DNA from: Planctomycetota bacterium
Lineage (GTDB): Bacteria; Planctomycetota; JBDREB01
DNA length: 53,372 nucleotides
Assembly (NCBI GenBank): GCA_043820325.1
Contig: JBDREB010000391.1
Location: 1 to 53,372 of the forward strand
Reading direction: 5' to 3'
Shown here: positions 27,915 to 36,463 of the stretch, piece after piece
Layout of the letters: each line of letters begins with the position of its first letter
Position numbering within the stretch: position 1 is the stretch's first letter
Notes under the pieces: generated by a model
The model's database searches: none
Told to the model about the DNA's origin: nothing
Seen by the model: only the letters and a program-made list of their open reading frames with translations
Translations under genes and position numbers: made by a program

Positions 27915-29613
27915 GGACCTCAAGCAACAGGTGGCCCGGGCGATCCATGCCCGGGACGGTATTGACCCGGAACTGATCCTCAAGGGTTTCGAGGCGCCCC
28001 GCGAACGGGAGCATGGCGACATCGCCCTGCCCTGTTTCATCCTCTCCCGCCGGCTCAAGAAGAACCCCGCGGCCATCGCCGCCGATTATGCCATCCATCT
28101 GTCCGCCGTCATCCCCGCCCCGGCCACCGTGGCCGCAGTGGGGCCATACCTGAATTTCCATCTGCCGGCTGCCTTCAAAGCCCGTGATATCCTGGCCGCG
28201 GTGACGGCGGGGGGCGACCGTTACGGCAGTGACGCCGCCGGCACCGGCCGCACGGTGGTGATCGATTTTTCCGCTCCCAACATAGCCAAACCCTTCGGCC
28301 TGGGCCACCTCCGCTCCACGGTGATCGGCAACGCCCTGGCCGCCATCCACGTTTTTCAGGGATGGCGCGTGGTACGCGTCAACCACCTCGGCGACTGGGG
28401 TAAACAATTCGGCCTCTTGGATGTGGCTTTTGCCCGGTGGGGGAGCGAGGCGGCGTTGCTGGCCGACCCGATCCGCCACCTCTACGAGCTTTATGTGCGG
28501 ATCAACCGCGAAGTGGAAGGCGGCGATACGGTCCTGGACGAAGAGGGCCGGCAGGCGTTCCGCGACCTCGAGCAGGGCGATGCCGCCCGGCGTGCACGCT
28601 GGGCACGCTTTCGCGAACTATCGATCCGGGAGTTCAAGCGGGTCTATGAGCGCCTCGACATCGCCTTCGATTCCTACGACGGCGAGGCCTTCTTCGAGGA
28701 TAAGATGGACGCCACGCTCGCCCGGCTCCGGGATAAAAACCTTCTGGTGACAAGCGAAGGGGCCCAGGTGGTCGATCTTTCCGATGAAGGCCTGGGGTAT
28801 CCCATCATTCAGAAGACCAACGGTTCCACCACCTATCTGACCCGCGACCTGGCCACGGCCGAGTACCGCCACGCGACCTACGGGTTCGACCGCATGCTCT
28901 ATGTGGTCGGCCAGCCGCAGGAACTTCATTTCAAGCAGGTCTTCGCGATCCTGCGGCGCATGGGGTACGGGTGGGTCGACCGGTGCGCACATGTGGCGTT
29001 CGGCTACATCAAGGGCATGTCCACGCGCAAGGGCACCATCGTCTTTCTGGACGATGTTCTCGACGAGGCCCGCGAACGGGTCAAACGCCGCATGCAGGCC
29101 CTGGCCGTGCAGAAGGTGGCGGCCGCCGATGAGGAGGCCGTGGCCGAGGCGATCGGCATCACGGCCGTCCTGTTCAGCGACATGAAGAGCCGGCGCATCA
29201 AGGATATCGAGTTTGACTGGGACCGCCTCTTGAACCTGCAGGGCGACACCGGGCCCTACCTGCAGAACGCCCTGGCGCGGATCTGCGGCATCTTCCGCAA
29301 GGCGGAGGTCGCCCCGGCGGGGGACGATGCCGCCTGGGACTGCCTGGAGGACCCCCACGCGCAGGCGCTCATCGCCGCGGTGGCCGCCTTTCCGGCCGCG
29401 GTCGCGGAAAGCGAACGGCTCAACGAACCGTCGCTCATCACCAGTCACCTGCTCGGCCTGGCCAAGTCGTTCCATGCCGGGTACAACGAACTCAAGGTGA
29501 AGGGGAGCGATGAAGCTACGGCCCGGGCGCGGCTGCGCCTCTTTGCCGCGGTGGAGCGGGTCTTCCGGACCGGGTTCGGCCTGCTCGGGTTCAAAGTGCT
29601 GGAGGAGATGTAG
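27904..29613 (+). CDS. argS: Arginine--tRNA ligase
   Basis: 569 aa. Class I motifs (NIAKPFGLGHLRS), an anticodon-binding C-terminal domain, and the family-typical terminal Met (VLEEM). The stop is TAG. Confidence 0.95.
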   Translation: MDLEDLKQQVARAIHARDGIDPELILKGFEAPREREHGDIALPCFILSRRLKKNPAAIAADYAIHLSAVIPAPATVAAVGPYLNFHLPAAFKARDILAAVTAGGDRYGSDAAGTGRTVVIDFSAPNIAKPFGLGHLRSTVIGNALAAIHVFQGWRVVRVNHLGDWGKQFGLLDVAFARWGSEAALLADPIRHLYELYVRINREVEGGDTVLDEEGRQAFRDLEQGDAARRARWARFRELSIREFKRVYERLDIAFDSYDGEAFFEDKMDATLARLRDKNLLVTSEGAQVVDLSDEGLGYPIIQKTNGSTTYLTRDLATAEYRHATYGFDRMLYVVGQPQELHFKQVFAILRRMGYGWVDRCAHVAFGYIKGMSTRKGTIVFLDDVLDEARERVKRRMQALAVQKVAAADEEAVAEAIGITAVLFSDMKSRRIKDIEFDWDRLLNLQGDTGPYLQNALARICGIFRKAEVAPAGDDAAWDCLEDPHAQALIAAVAAFPAAVAESERLNEPSLITSHLLGLAKSFHAGYNELKVKGSDEATARARLRLFAAVERVFRTGFGLLGFKVLEEM

Positions 29614-29614
29614 G

Positions 29615-30178
29615 ATGCGTGTGCTCATCGGCGTCACGGGCGGGATCGCCGCGTACAAGGCCGCCTTCCTGGTGCGGCTTTTCATCCGGAACGGCGACGC
29701 GGTCAAGGTGGTCATGACCGAGTCGGCCGCGCGGTTCGTCACGCCGCTCACCTTCCAGACCCTTTCGGGCGACCGGGTCCATACCGGTCTTTTCCCAGGG
29801 CCGGGCGAATACGACGATGCCCACATCGCCCTGGCCAAGTGGGCCGAGACGTTCGTGATCGCGCCCGCCACGGCCAACACGATCGCCAAGCTGGCCCACG
29901 GCCTGGCCGACAACCTGCTCACGGCCGCGGTCCTGGCCCTGCCCGGCACCACGCCGGTCTACATCGCCCCGGCCATGAACACGGCCATGTATACCAAGGC
30001 GGTCACCCGCGCCAACCTGGCCCAGGTCGCCCTCACGGCCGTGATCGTCGGACCCGTTGCCGGCCGGCTGGCCTGCGGGGACGAGGGGATGGGCGCCATG
30101 GCCGAACCCGCCCTGATCTTCAAAACAGTCATCAACGGGAACAAACCGAAACGCCAACGCTCAAGGAGACGGCAATGA
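29615..30178 (+). CDS. coaC: Phosphopantothenoylcysteine decarboxylase (stand-alone CoaC flavoprotein)
   Basis: MRVLIGVTGGIAAYKA, PATANTIAKLAHGLADNLL, APAMNTAMY, GRLACGDEGMGAMAEP. At 187 aa it has no CoaB domain. Confidence 0.85.
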   Translation: MRVLIGVTGGIAAYKAAFLVRLFIRNGDAVKVVMTESAARFVTPLTFQTLSGDRVHTGLFPGPGEYDDAHIALAKWAETFVIAPATANTIAKLAHGLADNLLTAAVLALPGTTPVYIAPAMNTAMYTKAVTRANLAQVALTAVIVGPVAGRLACGDEGMGAMAEPALIFKTVINGNKPKRQRSRRRQ

Positions 30179-31434
30179 CCGCGCACAAGATCCGCGATAT
30201 CAAACTGGCGCCCAAGGGGGTGCTGAACATCGCCTGGGCCGAGCAGGACATGCAGGCCCTGCTCAAGGTGCGGCAGGAATTCGCCCGCACCCGGCCCTTC
30301 AGGGGCGTCCGGGTGGGCATGGCCCTGCACATCACCAAGGAAACGGCCGTCCTCGTGCGCACCCTGATCACGGGCGGCGCCGAGGTGGCGATCTGTTCGT
30401 GCAACCCGCTCTCCACCCAGGACGATGTGGCCGCGGCCCTGGCCTGCGACGGCGTGCGCGTCTACGGGTACAAGGGCGAATCGAAGGCCGAGTATTACGA
30501 GTACCTCAACGATGTGATCGAATTCAAGCCCCAGATCACGATCGACGACGGCTGTGACCTGGTGAGCGAGATCCACGGCAAGTACCCCCGGCTCATCCCG
30601 GACATCATCGGCGGGTGCGAGGAGACCACCACGGGCGTCATTCGCCTGCGGGCCATGGCCAAGGACGGCGCGCTCAAGTACCCCATCATCGCCGTCAACG
30701 ACAACAAGACCAAGCACCTGATGGACAACTACTACGGCACGGGCCAGTCGACCATCGACGGCCTGCTCCGGGCCGCCAATATCCTCTTTGCCGGCAAGAC
30801 CGTGGTCGTGGCCGGGTACGGCTCCTGCGGCAAGGGCGTGGCCATGCGCGCGGCCGGACTGGGTTCCCAGGTCATCGTCACCGAGGTGGACGCCTTCTGC
30901 GCCCTGCAGGCGCGCATGGACGGCTTCCAGGTCATGCCCATGCGCGACGCGGCGCCGCTGGGGGATATCTTCGTCACCGTCACGGGCAACAAGGCGGTGA
31001 TCCCGGGCCCGGTGATCGCCCGCATGAAGGACGGCGCCATCCTGGCCAACGCGGGGCATTTCGACAACGAGATCGACATGCCCGCCCTGCGCAAGGCCGT
31101 CCGCAAGGTCACCCGGGTGCGGGATTCCATCTTCGACCGGTACGAACTCAGGAACGGGAAGTCCGTCTATCTGGCCGGCGAAGGTCGCCTGGTGAACCTG
31201 GCCTGCGCCGAGGGGCACCCGAGCATGGTGATGAGCCTCTCGTTCTGCGGTCAGGCCCTGGCCGCGCTCCACCTCATCCGGAACCGCGGCCGTCTCCTCC
31301 CGGGCGTGATCACCCTGCCGGCGGCCATCGACGACCGCATCGCCGCGCTCCAGCTGGAGGCCATGGGCATCCGGATCGACACGCTCACCGCGGCCCAGCG
31401 GCGGTACCTTGATTCCTGGTCGGAAGGGACCTGA
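30175..31434 (+). CDS. ahcY: Adenosylhomocysteinase
   Basis: ATGA overlap with coaC. Motifs include CNPLSTQDDVAAAL, DDGCDL, EETTTGV and the NAD fold GYGSCGKGVA. Confidence 0.95.
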   Translation: MTAHKIRDIKLAPKGVLNIAWAEQDMQALLKVRQEFARTRPFRGVRVGMALHITKETAVLVRTLITGGAEVAICSCNPLSTQDDVAAALACDGVRVYGYKGESKAEYYEYLNDVIEFKPQITIDDGCDLVSEIHGKYPRLIPDIIGGCEETTTGVIRLRAMAKDGALKYPIIAVNDNKTKHLMDNYYGTGQSTIDGLLRAANILFAGKTVVVAGYGSCGKGVAMRAAGLGSQVIVTEVDAFCALQARMDGFQVMPMRDAAPLGDIFVTVTGNKAVIPGPVIARMKDGAILANAGHFDNEIDMPALRKAVRKVTRVRDSIFDRYELRNGKSVYLAGEGRLVNLACAEGHPSMVMSLSFCGQALAALHLIRNRGRLLPGVITLPAAIDDRIAALQLEAMGIRIDTLTAAQRRYLDSWSEGT

Positions 31435-33020
31435 TGCTTGAGCTCAAGCTCAAGCCGCTGACCCCGGGTTACCTGGAACGCAGCGTCCGGATCAAGGCCG
31501 GCGAGACCAAGGACCTGGGCCGCAGCCACAAGTGCGCCATCGCCGTGGCGCACCCGGAGATATCGCGCCGGCACTGCGAATTCGTCAACAACGGCAGCGA
31601 ATGCACCGTGGTCGATCTCGGCAGCGTCAACGGGGTCCTGGTCAACAACAAGCGCGTGGCCACCAAGGCGCTGGTCGACGGGGATGTCATCTCGATCTGT
31701 TCGGTGCAGTTCGGGGTCGAACTGCGCGATCAGGCCTCCATGACCGACTCGGCCGTGTTCATGTATGACGGCGCCGAGGAGAGCGGCCTCAAGAAGCGCA
31801 TGTCCTATGAGCCCACGCGGGTCATGGGCGATTATGTGGCCCCGACCGGCGTCGACAGCCTGCGCAAGGCGCACGGCAACCTGGCCCTGCTGTCCCGCAT
31901 CGGCAATCTCATCTTCGATGTCCGCCCGATGGAGGAGAAGTTCCAGCTGGTCATCCGCATGCTGGTGGAGTTCTTCCAGGCCGACCGGGGCGCGATCCTC
32001 ATCCTCAACCCCGTCACGCGGGTGATCGAACCCAAGGCGACCTTCAAGATCTCCGGCGGCGACGCCGGCAATGTGCGGGTCAGCCGGACGATCGTGAACG
32101 AGGCCGTGGAAAAGGGCTTGTCGGTCTTGAGCGCCAATGTGACCGATGACTCGCGGTTCGCCGGCCGGGAGAGCGGTCCGGTCACCAACGTCACCGCGGT
32201 CATGTGCGTCCCGCTCGAGGGGCGGGAGGGGATCATCGGCGCGATCTACCTGGACAGCCTCGAACGCACGGATGTCTTCAGCGAAGAAAGCCTGAACATC
32301 CTCAATATGATCGGCTACCAGGTCGGCGCGGCGATCCACCAGGCGTGGCTGGAGCAGGACTTGCGCCGTTCCACCCGGGAACTGGAGGAATACTCGCACC
32401 GCCTGGAGGCCAAGGTGAACGAGCGGACCGCCTCCCTGACCGAAATGGTCAAGAAGCTCAAGGTGGGCGACAAGCTCAAATCCCAGTTCCTGGCCAACAT
32501 GTCCCATGAGCTGCGGACTCCCTTGAACGCCATCGTGGGGTTCGCCGCCCTGATCCGGGACCGGGTCTACGGGGAGATCAACCCCCGCCAGGACGATGCC
32601 ATGGATAAGATCCGGCACAATGCCCAGAATCTGCTCGACCTCATCAACAGCATTCTGCATATTTCGCGCATCGATGCCGGGCGCATGCCGCTCTACCTGG
32701 AGCAGTTCGCCCCCAACCCGGTGCTGGAGGAACTCATCCGCAGCAACGAGTCGCTGGTCAAGCCGGAGGTTGCGGTCGAATTTGCCCTTGACACGGGTCT
32801 GCCGGCGGTTTATAATGATATGGGCAAATACCGGCAGGTCATCCGGAATCTGTTCGCGAATGCGGTCAAGTTCACGGCACAGGGGAAGATCGTGGTGGCG
32901 ACTTGGCGTGACGACGGGGCGAAGATGTTCGTGACCGCGGTGCGCGACACGGGCATCGGCATGCCCGAGGTCGAACTGCAGCACATCTTCGATGAATTCT
33001 ACCAGGTGGACGGGTCCTAG
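31434..33020 (+). CDS. FHA-GAF-histidine kinase, reading frame closed by in-frame TAG before the G2 box
   Basis: N-terminal FHA domain ([22 protein letters not shown]...[10 protein letters not shown]). GAF domain ([18 protein letters not shown]). H-box [16 protein letters not shown]. N and G1 boxes ([15 protein letters not shown]). The ORF stops at TAG 33018-33020 inside [18 protein letters not shown]. Confidence 0.85.
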   Translation: [528 protein letters not shown]

Positions 33021-33224
33021 ACCCGCAAGTACGAGGGCAGCGGCTTGGGGCTGGCGATCAGCCGGCGGCTGGTGCAGTTGATGGGCGGCCGGCTCGATGT
33101 GACCAGCCGCCTGCACGAGGGGGCGGAGTTCCGGGTCCATCTGCCCATGGACATACGCAATGTGATCCGGGAGGGCACCGAAGTCCCGGACGGATCGGAT
33201 GCTGAACGGGGAGCCAATGGTTGA
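33021..33224 (+). pseudogene. In-frame continuation of the histidine kinase after TAG (G2 box and end of the ATPase domain)
   Basis: In the same frame as 31434 this segment translates to [42 protein letters not shown]... with no further stop until TGA 33222-33224. That TGA overlaps the ATG 33217 of the next gene (ATGGTTGA). Confidence 0.75.
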
Positions 33225-34662
33225 TATCAGAGTGCTGGTCATCGATGACAATGCCGAATCCCTGCAGATCATCCGGGACACGCTGGAAGCGAACGGCTAT
33301 GGCGTGGAGACCGCCACGGACGGCGAGATCGGTCTCAACAAGGTCCGGTTCGCGGTCAAACAGGGTAAGCCATACACGCTGTGCGTGACTGATGTGATGC
33401 TGCCCAAGATCTCGGGCATCGATCTCCTGAAACGGGCGCGGGAAGCCTCGCCGACCACGGGGGTCCTGGTCATCACGGCCTTTGACGAGGTGGACCCGTT
33501 CATCAAAAAGGAAGCGCTCACCTACGGCGCCTTCGCCTTCATGCCCAAGCCGATCCAGCCGGCCAACCTGCTGGCGGTGATCCGGGACCACCTCTTGCGG
33601 AAGCGGATCGCGGCGCCCCCGTCTTCGGCCATTGTCGCTCCCCCCGGCTCGATGCCGTTCTTCGGTAACACGCCGGCCCAGCGCAAGACCCAGTCCTATA
33701 CCCGTCAGGCGGCCACCTTTGCGCCCGACCTGCCGCCGCCCCCGCCGGACATGACGGTCATGCCTGCCGGCCTGCCGCCCCCCCCGCCGCCTGACGAGGG
33801 GGAGCATATCACCCGCCCGGTCCCGGATGAGAAGCATTTTCAGGACATCACCGGTCCGGCGGATATCGCGCCCCGGGACGGGGACTTTGGCTACACCATC
33901 ACCAAATGCCCCATGTGCACCCAGCTCATCAAGATCGCCAACGACCAGATGTCGGGCAAGATCTGGTGCAGCAGCTGCGGCATCCTGTTCGACAAGGTGG
34001 ATGTGGATGTCAACCGGGAGATCGCGGCCATGGAAGCCCGGCATACGGCTGCGCAAGCGCCTCCCGGTGGCAGGGATGCGGCGTCCACAGTTACGCCTCC
34101 GCCCTTTGCCGCCGGTCGCGAGGATGCGCTCACGGCCCTCGCCCCCCAGGAACGGAAACCGGCCTGGAACGCCGCCGCGGCCCCGGCCGCCCCCGTGCCC
34201 GCCCCGTCGACCGAGGAGGTGGCCCGGGCCGAGTACGAATCCGTCTTCGGTGTCGCTCCCGCCGCCCCGGCCCCGCCTTTCCGGATTCTCATCGTCGAGG
34301 ATGACCAGCATGCCGCGGAGATCCTCCAGACGGCCCTCGATGTGGCGGGCTACGCCGCGGATGTGGCGACCACGGGTGACCAGGGGTTGGCGGCCATGCA
34401 CGCCAGCGTCCAGGGCGGCACCCCGTATACAATGGTGGTGAGCGATGTGATGCTGCCGGGCCTCAACGGCCTGGACCTGATGCGCCAGGTGAAGGCGAGT
34501 TATCCGACGGTCGATTTTGTCCTGGTCAGTGCATACGAGGACGAAAAACTGTCGTTGCAGAAACAGGCCCAGGCCGAAGGGGCACTGGCCTTCTTCTCCA
34601 AGCCGTACGACTACAAGGAACTCATCCGTTTCATCGCCCAACTCCGGACCGGCGGGGTGTGA
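33217..34662 (+). CDS. Dual-receiver response regulator with central zinc ribbon (REC - Pro-rich linker - CxxC/CxxC - REC)
   Basis: REC1 (RVLVIDDN ... YTLCVTDVMLPKISG ... FMPKP). Zinc ribbon KCPMCTQLIKIANDQMSGKIWCSSCG. REC2 (RILIVEDD ... YTMVVSDVMLPGLNG ... FFSKP). ATG 33217 preferred to the ORF-track start 33199. Confidence 0.85.
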   Translation: MVDIRVLVIDDNAESLQIIRDTLEANGYGVETATDGEIGLNKVRFAVKQGKPYTLCVTDVMLPKISGIDLLKRAREASPTTGVLVITAFDEVDPFIKKEALTYGAFAFMPKPIQPANLLAVIRDHLLRKRIAAPPSSAIVAPPGSMPFFGNTPAQRKTQSYTRQAATFAPDLPPPPPDMTVMPAGLPPPPPPDEGEHITRPVPDEKHFQDITGPADIAPRDGDFGYTITKCPMCTQLIKIANDQMSGKIWCSSCGILFDKVDVDVNREIAAMEARHTAAQAPPGGRDAASTVTPPPFAAGREDALTALAPQERKPAWNAAAAPAAPVPAPSTEEVARAEYESVFGVAPAAPAPPFRILIVEDDQHAAEILQTALDVAGYAADVATTGDQGLAAMHASVQGGTPYTMVVSDVMLPGLNGLDLMRQVKASYPTVDFVLVSAYEDEKLSLQKQAQAEGALAFFSKPYDYKELIRFIAQLRTGGV

Positions 34663-34669
34663 CCGGACC

Positions 34670-36463
34670 ATGGCCGACAGCCCGCGCCCAACCCAGGCCA
34701 TCGCCAATCCCGGGGCGGATGCCAACCCCCTGACCAATCAAGACCTGGAGGAGATCAAGTATGTCAAGGCGGTCATGAAGCACTGCGCGACCGCCGAAAA
34801 GACCTACCGCCTCTACCCGCCCAGCAATGTCAATGTGCGGGAGGCCGCGGGGCATTTCACCGCCGGCCTGGCCGCCTTCTTCAACCAGTTCAAGAAACCC
34901 ATCGTGCTCAAGGTGACCCAGACGCAGTTCCTCTACCGCGACCAGTCCGTCTATGAGAACACGGAAAAGGACAAGAGCCTGACCTTCCGGCTCTACATCG
35001 ACGGCGTGCGCGGCATCGCCTTTGCGCCGGGCGCCGAGGAGAAGGAGGCCCATGAGTTCCTGGGTGTCTACCTCGAACTTTCGCTGATCGATCCGCTCGA
35101 GAACGATTTTGTGAGCCTTTTCTGGGAACGCGGGTTCCAGGCGATCACGATCGCGGCGATCGACGTGTTCCGGGACGAGAACGGCGAGGAGATCCCCGCC
35201 AATTTCATGGATGACCGCGATTTCCTGGCGGCCGTGCGCGGGGCGGACACGCTCGGCGCCGGCTTCGCCGCCGAAAAGGCCCGGGCGGAGCGCAAACGGG
35301 CGGCCAAGGCCCGGGAACAGAGCGCCGCGGAGCGCGAGGTCGTCAAGGCCCGCGCGGACGTCTTCAAGTTCACCGAGGCCGAGCGGCGGCAGCTCAAGCG
35401 TTTCGTGGACGGCGAAATGACCTATGAGTCGGTCCATGATTTCATCGATGTCGTGTTCACCCTGTTCCGCGTCAACCGCGATGCCGCCATTTTCCCGACC
35501 ATCATCAGCGTGATCGGCAAGACCATCCAGGGTTTTGTCCTGCGCTACCAGTTCCGTGCGGCCCGCACGGTCCTGCAGCGGACCCGGGCGCTGATGCGGG
35601 ACGGCACGGCCGGCCTGAACGCGGTCCAGGCCGACATCATCCGCAAGATGATCCGGGGGCTCGGCGACCAGCAGCTCATGGAGATGGTCAACCACCACCT
35701 GAAGAACGCGGCCGAAGGGGATGTCAAGGACCTGTTCGGTTTCCTGGGCGACCTAGAGGGGCCGGTCTTGCCCGACATTTTCGAGCTGATCAAGGGTGAC
35801 AAATACACCGCCCAGGTGGTCGAACTCTTCATCCGGCTGGGGGCCGGGCAGTATGATTTCATCCGTACCCGGTTCGGGGAGCTCGGGGCCGAAGTCGATG
35901 TGCTCCTGTTGGATGTCCTTGTGGGCATCGACCTGCAGAAGACCGTGCCGCTTCTGATCGAACGGATGAACGACGCGGATGTGAAGGTCCGCGGCAAGTG
36001 CATCAAGATTCTCCTCAAGCATGACATCCCCGAGCTCAGGGAGGTGTTCCGGACCGCCCTGGCCGATGCCAATGAGAACAACCAGTTGGTGGCCCTGCGG
36101 TATTACAACGGGCACGCCTGCCCGGAGGCATTCCCCATCCTGCTGGCCATGTTCAAGGCCCGGGGTTTCACGGAGGAAAAAAGCGAAAAGCAGCAATTCA
36201 TCGTCGGTGCACTCGTCAAGGCCGACCTGAACGGGGCGTTCACCGAGATCGCGAATATTCTGACCGCGCGGCCGTTCTGGGGCCGTAAAAAGCACGCGAA
36301 GGTCCAGAAGGATCTCCTGCGGACCCTGGGCGGCATCGACGCCCTTGAGGTCGCCGAGGTCCTGTTGCGGCTGTATGAGGATGAAAACCTCCCGGCCGGG
36401 ACGCGGGAACACTGTCGGACCGCGATCACCGCCATTCGGGCAAGGACCATCAATGTCGCCTGA
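34670..36463 (+). CDS. HEAT-repeat-containing protein, unknown function
   Basis: 597 aa from ATG 34670. C-terminal HEAT-like repeats (LIERMNDADVKVRGKCIKILLKH, ALADANENNQLVALRYY). No catalytic motif seen. Confidence 0.65.
   Translation: MADSPRPTQAIANPGADANPLTNQDLEEIKYVKAVMKHCATAEKTYRLYPPSNVNVREAAGHFTAGLAAFFNQFKKPIVLKVTQTQFLYRDQSVYENTEKDKSLTFRLYIDGVRGIAFAPGAEEKEAHEFLGVYLELSLIDPLENDFVSLFWERGFQAITIAAIDVFRDENGEEIPANFMDDRDFLAAVRGADTLGAGFAAEKARAERKRAAKAREQSAAEREVVKARADVFKFTEAERRQLKRFVDGEMTYESVHDFIDVVFTLFRVNRDAAIFPTIISVIGKTIQGFVLRYQFRAARTVLQRTRALMRDGTAGLNAVQADIIRKMIRGLGDQQLMEMVNHHLKNAAEGDVKDLFGFLGDLEGPVLPDIFELIKGDKYTAQVVELFIRLGAGQYDFIRTRFGELGAEVDVLLLDVLVGIDLQKTVPLLIERMNDADVKVRGKCIKILLKHDIPELREVFRTALADANENNQLVALRYYNGHACPEAFPILLAMFKARGFTEEKSEKQQFIVGALVKADLNGAFTEIANILTARPFWGRKKHAKVQKDLLRTLGGIDALEVAEVLLRLYEDENLPAGTREHCRTAITAIRARTINVA

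Noticed and set aside
29611-29613. Genome-wide reassignment of TAG to a sense codon as the sole explanation of the two in-frame TAGs.
   Set aside because: argS terminates with TAG immediately after the family-typical C-terminal Met, 1 nt before the coaC start. The gene ending at 51093 also stops at TAG, followed by non-coding-looking sequence. TAG therefore acts as a stop at least there. Only context-dependent read-through, mutation or error remain plausible.
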